A stretch of DNA of 32,000 bases from Fibrobacter succinogenes subsp. succinogenes S85 (GTDB lineage Bacteria > Fibrobacterota > Fibrobacteria > Fibrobacterales > Fibrobacteraceae): assembly GCF_000146505.1 (NCBI RefSeq), contig NC_017448.1, forward strand, positions 1,920,001 through 1,952,000, read 5' to 3'. The position numbers were made by a program, and so were the translations under genes. Below, in pieces: positions 31,527 through 32,000 of the stretch. The notes under the pieces are model-generated. The model made no database searches and was not told the origin of the DNA. It saw nothing but the letters and a program-made list of their open reading frames with translations. Positions within the stretch are counted from its first letter, which is position 1, and every line of letters begins with the position of its first letter.

Positions 31527-32000
31527 CTAATCTTCTTCCTTGATGCCCATGAGCGTCATGGCAAGTTTCCAGGTTTCCTTGTTTTCAAAGCTGTCGCGCT
31601 TGCCGCCGCCGTAGCGGGCGTGCGCAAATTCCTCGAGCAGGGGCTTCCAGCCGTCCAGTTTGCCATCGGCCACAAGAGCATCTAGATTCACCGCGGAGGC
31701 GGCGGCAGTTCCTTCGGCAGCACCAAACTGGTGCAGAGCATATTCCTTGCAGATTCCTTCAAGTTCCAAGAGCCATTCGCGGCTATCGGCCACCATCACG
31801 CGCTGCTTCAAGACAACCATCTTCTCGCGTAACGCATTCTCAAATGCATTCTTCGCGGCAGTCGCTGCACGCAAATGAGCACGCTTGCGCATGCGCCACA
31901 ACGCAGCAAGCAGCACACAAACGCCTACCGCACCGCCTGCAATAAACGGCATCGCATTAAACGGCGCATCGACACGTATAGGCACGCTATCGCTACGCAA
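31527..32000 (-). CDS. C-terminal part of a membrane-anchored hypothetical protein, truncated by the window edge
   Basis: Open to the window edge. One TM helix (PFIAGGAVGVCVLLAALW) followed by RMRKRAHLR and a helical tail. Loosely reminiscent of Bat-operon membrane proteins (DUF4381/BatD tails), but not supportable. Confidence 0.45.
   Translation of the reverse strand: MRSDSVPIRVDAPFNAMPFIAGGAVGVCVLLAALWRMRKRAHLRAATAAKNAFENALREKMVVLKQRVMVADSREWLLELEGICKEYALHQFGAAEGTAAASAVNLDALVADGKLDGWKPLLEEFAHARYGGGKRDSFENKETWKLAMTLMGIKEED

Noticed and set aside
1-32000. Mobile elements, prophage, integrons, tRNA or rRNA genes
   Set aside because: I found no transposase, integrase or recombinase-like ORF, no terminal inverted repeats bounding a segment, and no cloverleaf-like or rRNA-like sequence on reading the intergenic regions. 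The only island-like signal is the AT-rich paralog/dinD/TfoX patch.

Overview
This looks like a chromosomal window from a Fibrobacter-like (Fibrobacterota) genome. That call is my recollection of family signatures, not a search: an ~880-aa FGE-sulfatase/beta-propeller lipoprotein resembling the F. succinogenes TIGR02171 paralog family, many Cys-lipobox proteins, and Ser-rich linkers. I saw no rRNA, tRNA, CRISPR array, transposase or integrase. Layout, left to right: (1) 0.2-8.1 kb is a large zinc-acquisition locus. It holds a COG0523 GTPase, zur, znuA/C/B, a secreted CC-motif protein, two paralogous small His/Cys-rich membrane proteins (one hidden in the zur-znuA gap with a TTG start), and a His/Asp-rich lipoprotein translationally coupled to a TonB-dependent receptor. 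Two related palindromic Zur-box candidates are present. (2) 8.2-9.1 kb is an orphan DUF58 gene. (3) 9.1-13.5 kb, minus strand, is a tight 4-gene operon: SIMPL protein, small alarmone hydrolase, RelA/SpoT-type small alarmone synthetase, and a Tet(M)/EF-G-like GTPase. (4) pgi. (5) A membrane protein with a degenerate GGDEF and an intact EAL domain. (6) 17.8-21.3 kb is a 1140-aa lipoprotein with about 16 near-identical modules (Gly-X-Y run plus Cys-bounded loop), a poly-Ser linker and a C-terminal histidine-phosphatase-like domain. (7) The FGE/TolB-like/SGNH-like lipoprotein. (8) An orphan moxR, 15 kb from and opposite in strand to the DUF58 gene. (9) 25.2-29.2 kb is a visibly more AT-rich accessory patch. 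It has three paralogous lipoproteins, a duplicated ~150-nt leader that is far better conserved than the genes behind it, dinD carrying a perfect 30-nt coding palindrome that recurs as terminator-like hairpins, and a TfoX-N gene. (10) An SMR efflux gene, a membrane protein, an acyltransferase-3 gene and a truncated ORF. Heptanucleotide tandem arrays recur in intergenic regions and once in frame inside the GTPase gene. All functional calls rest on motif recognition by eye; no database search was run.
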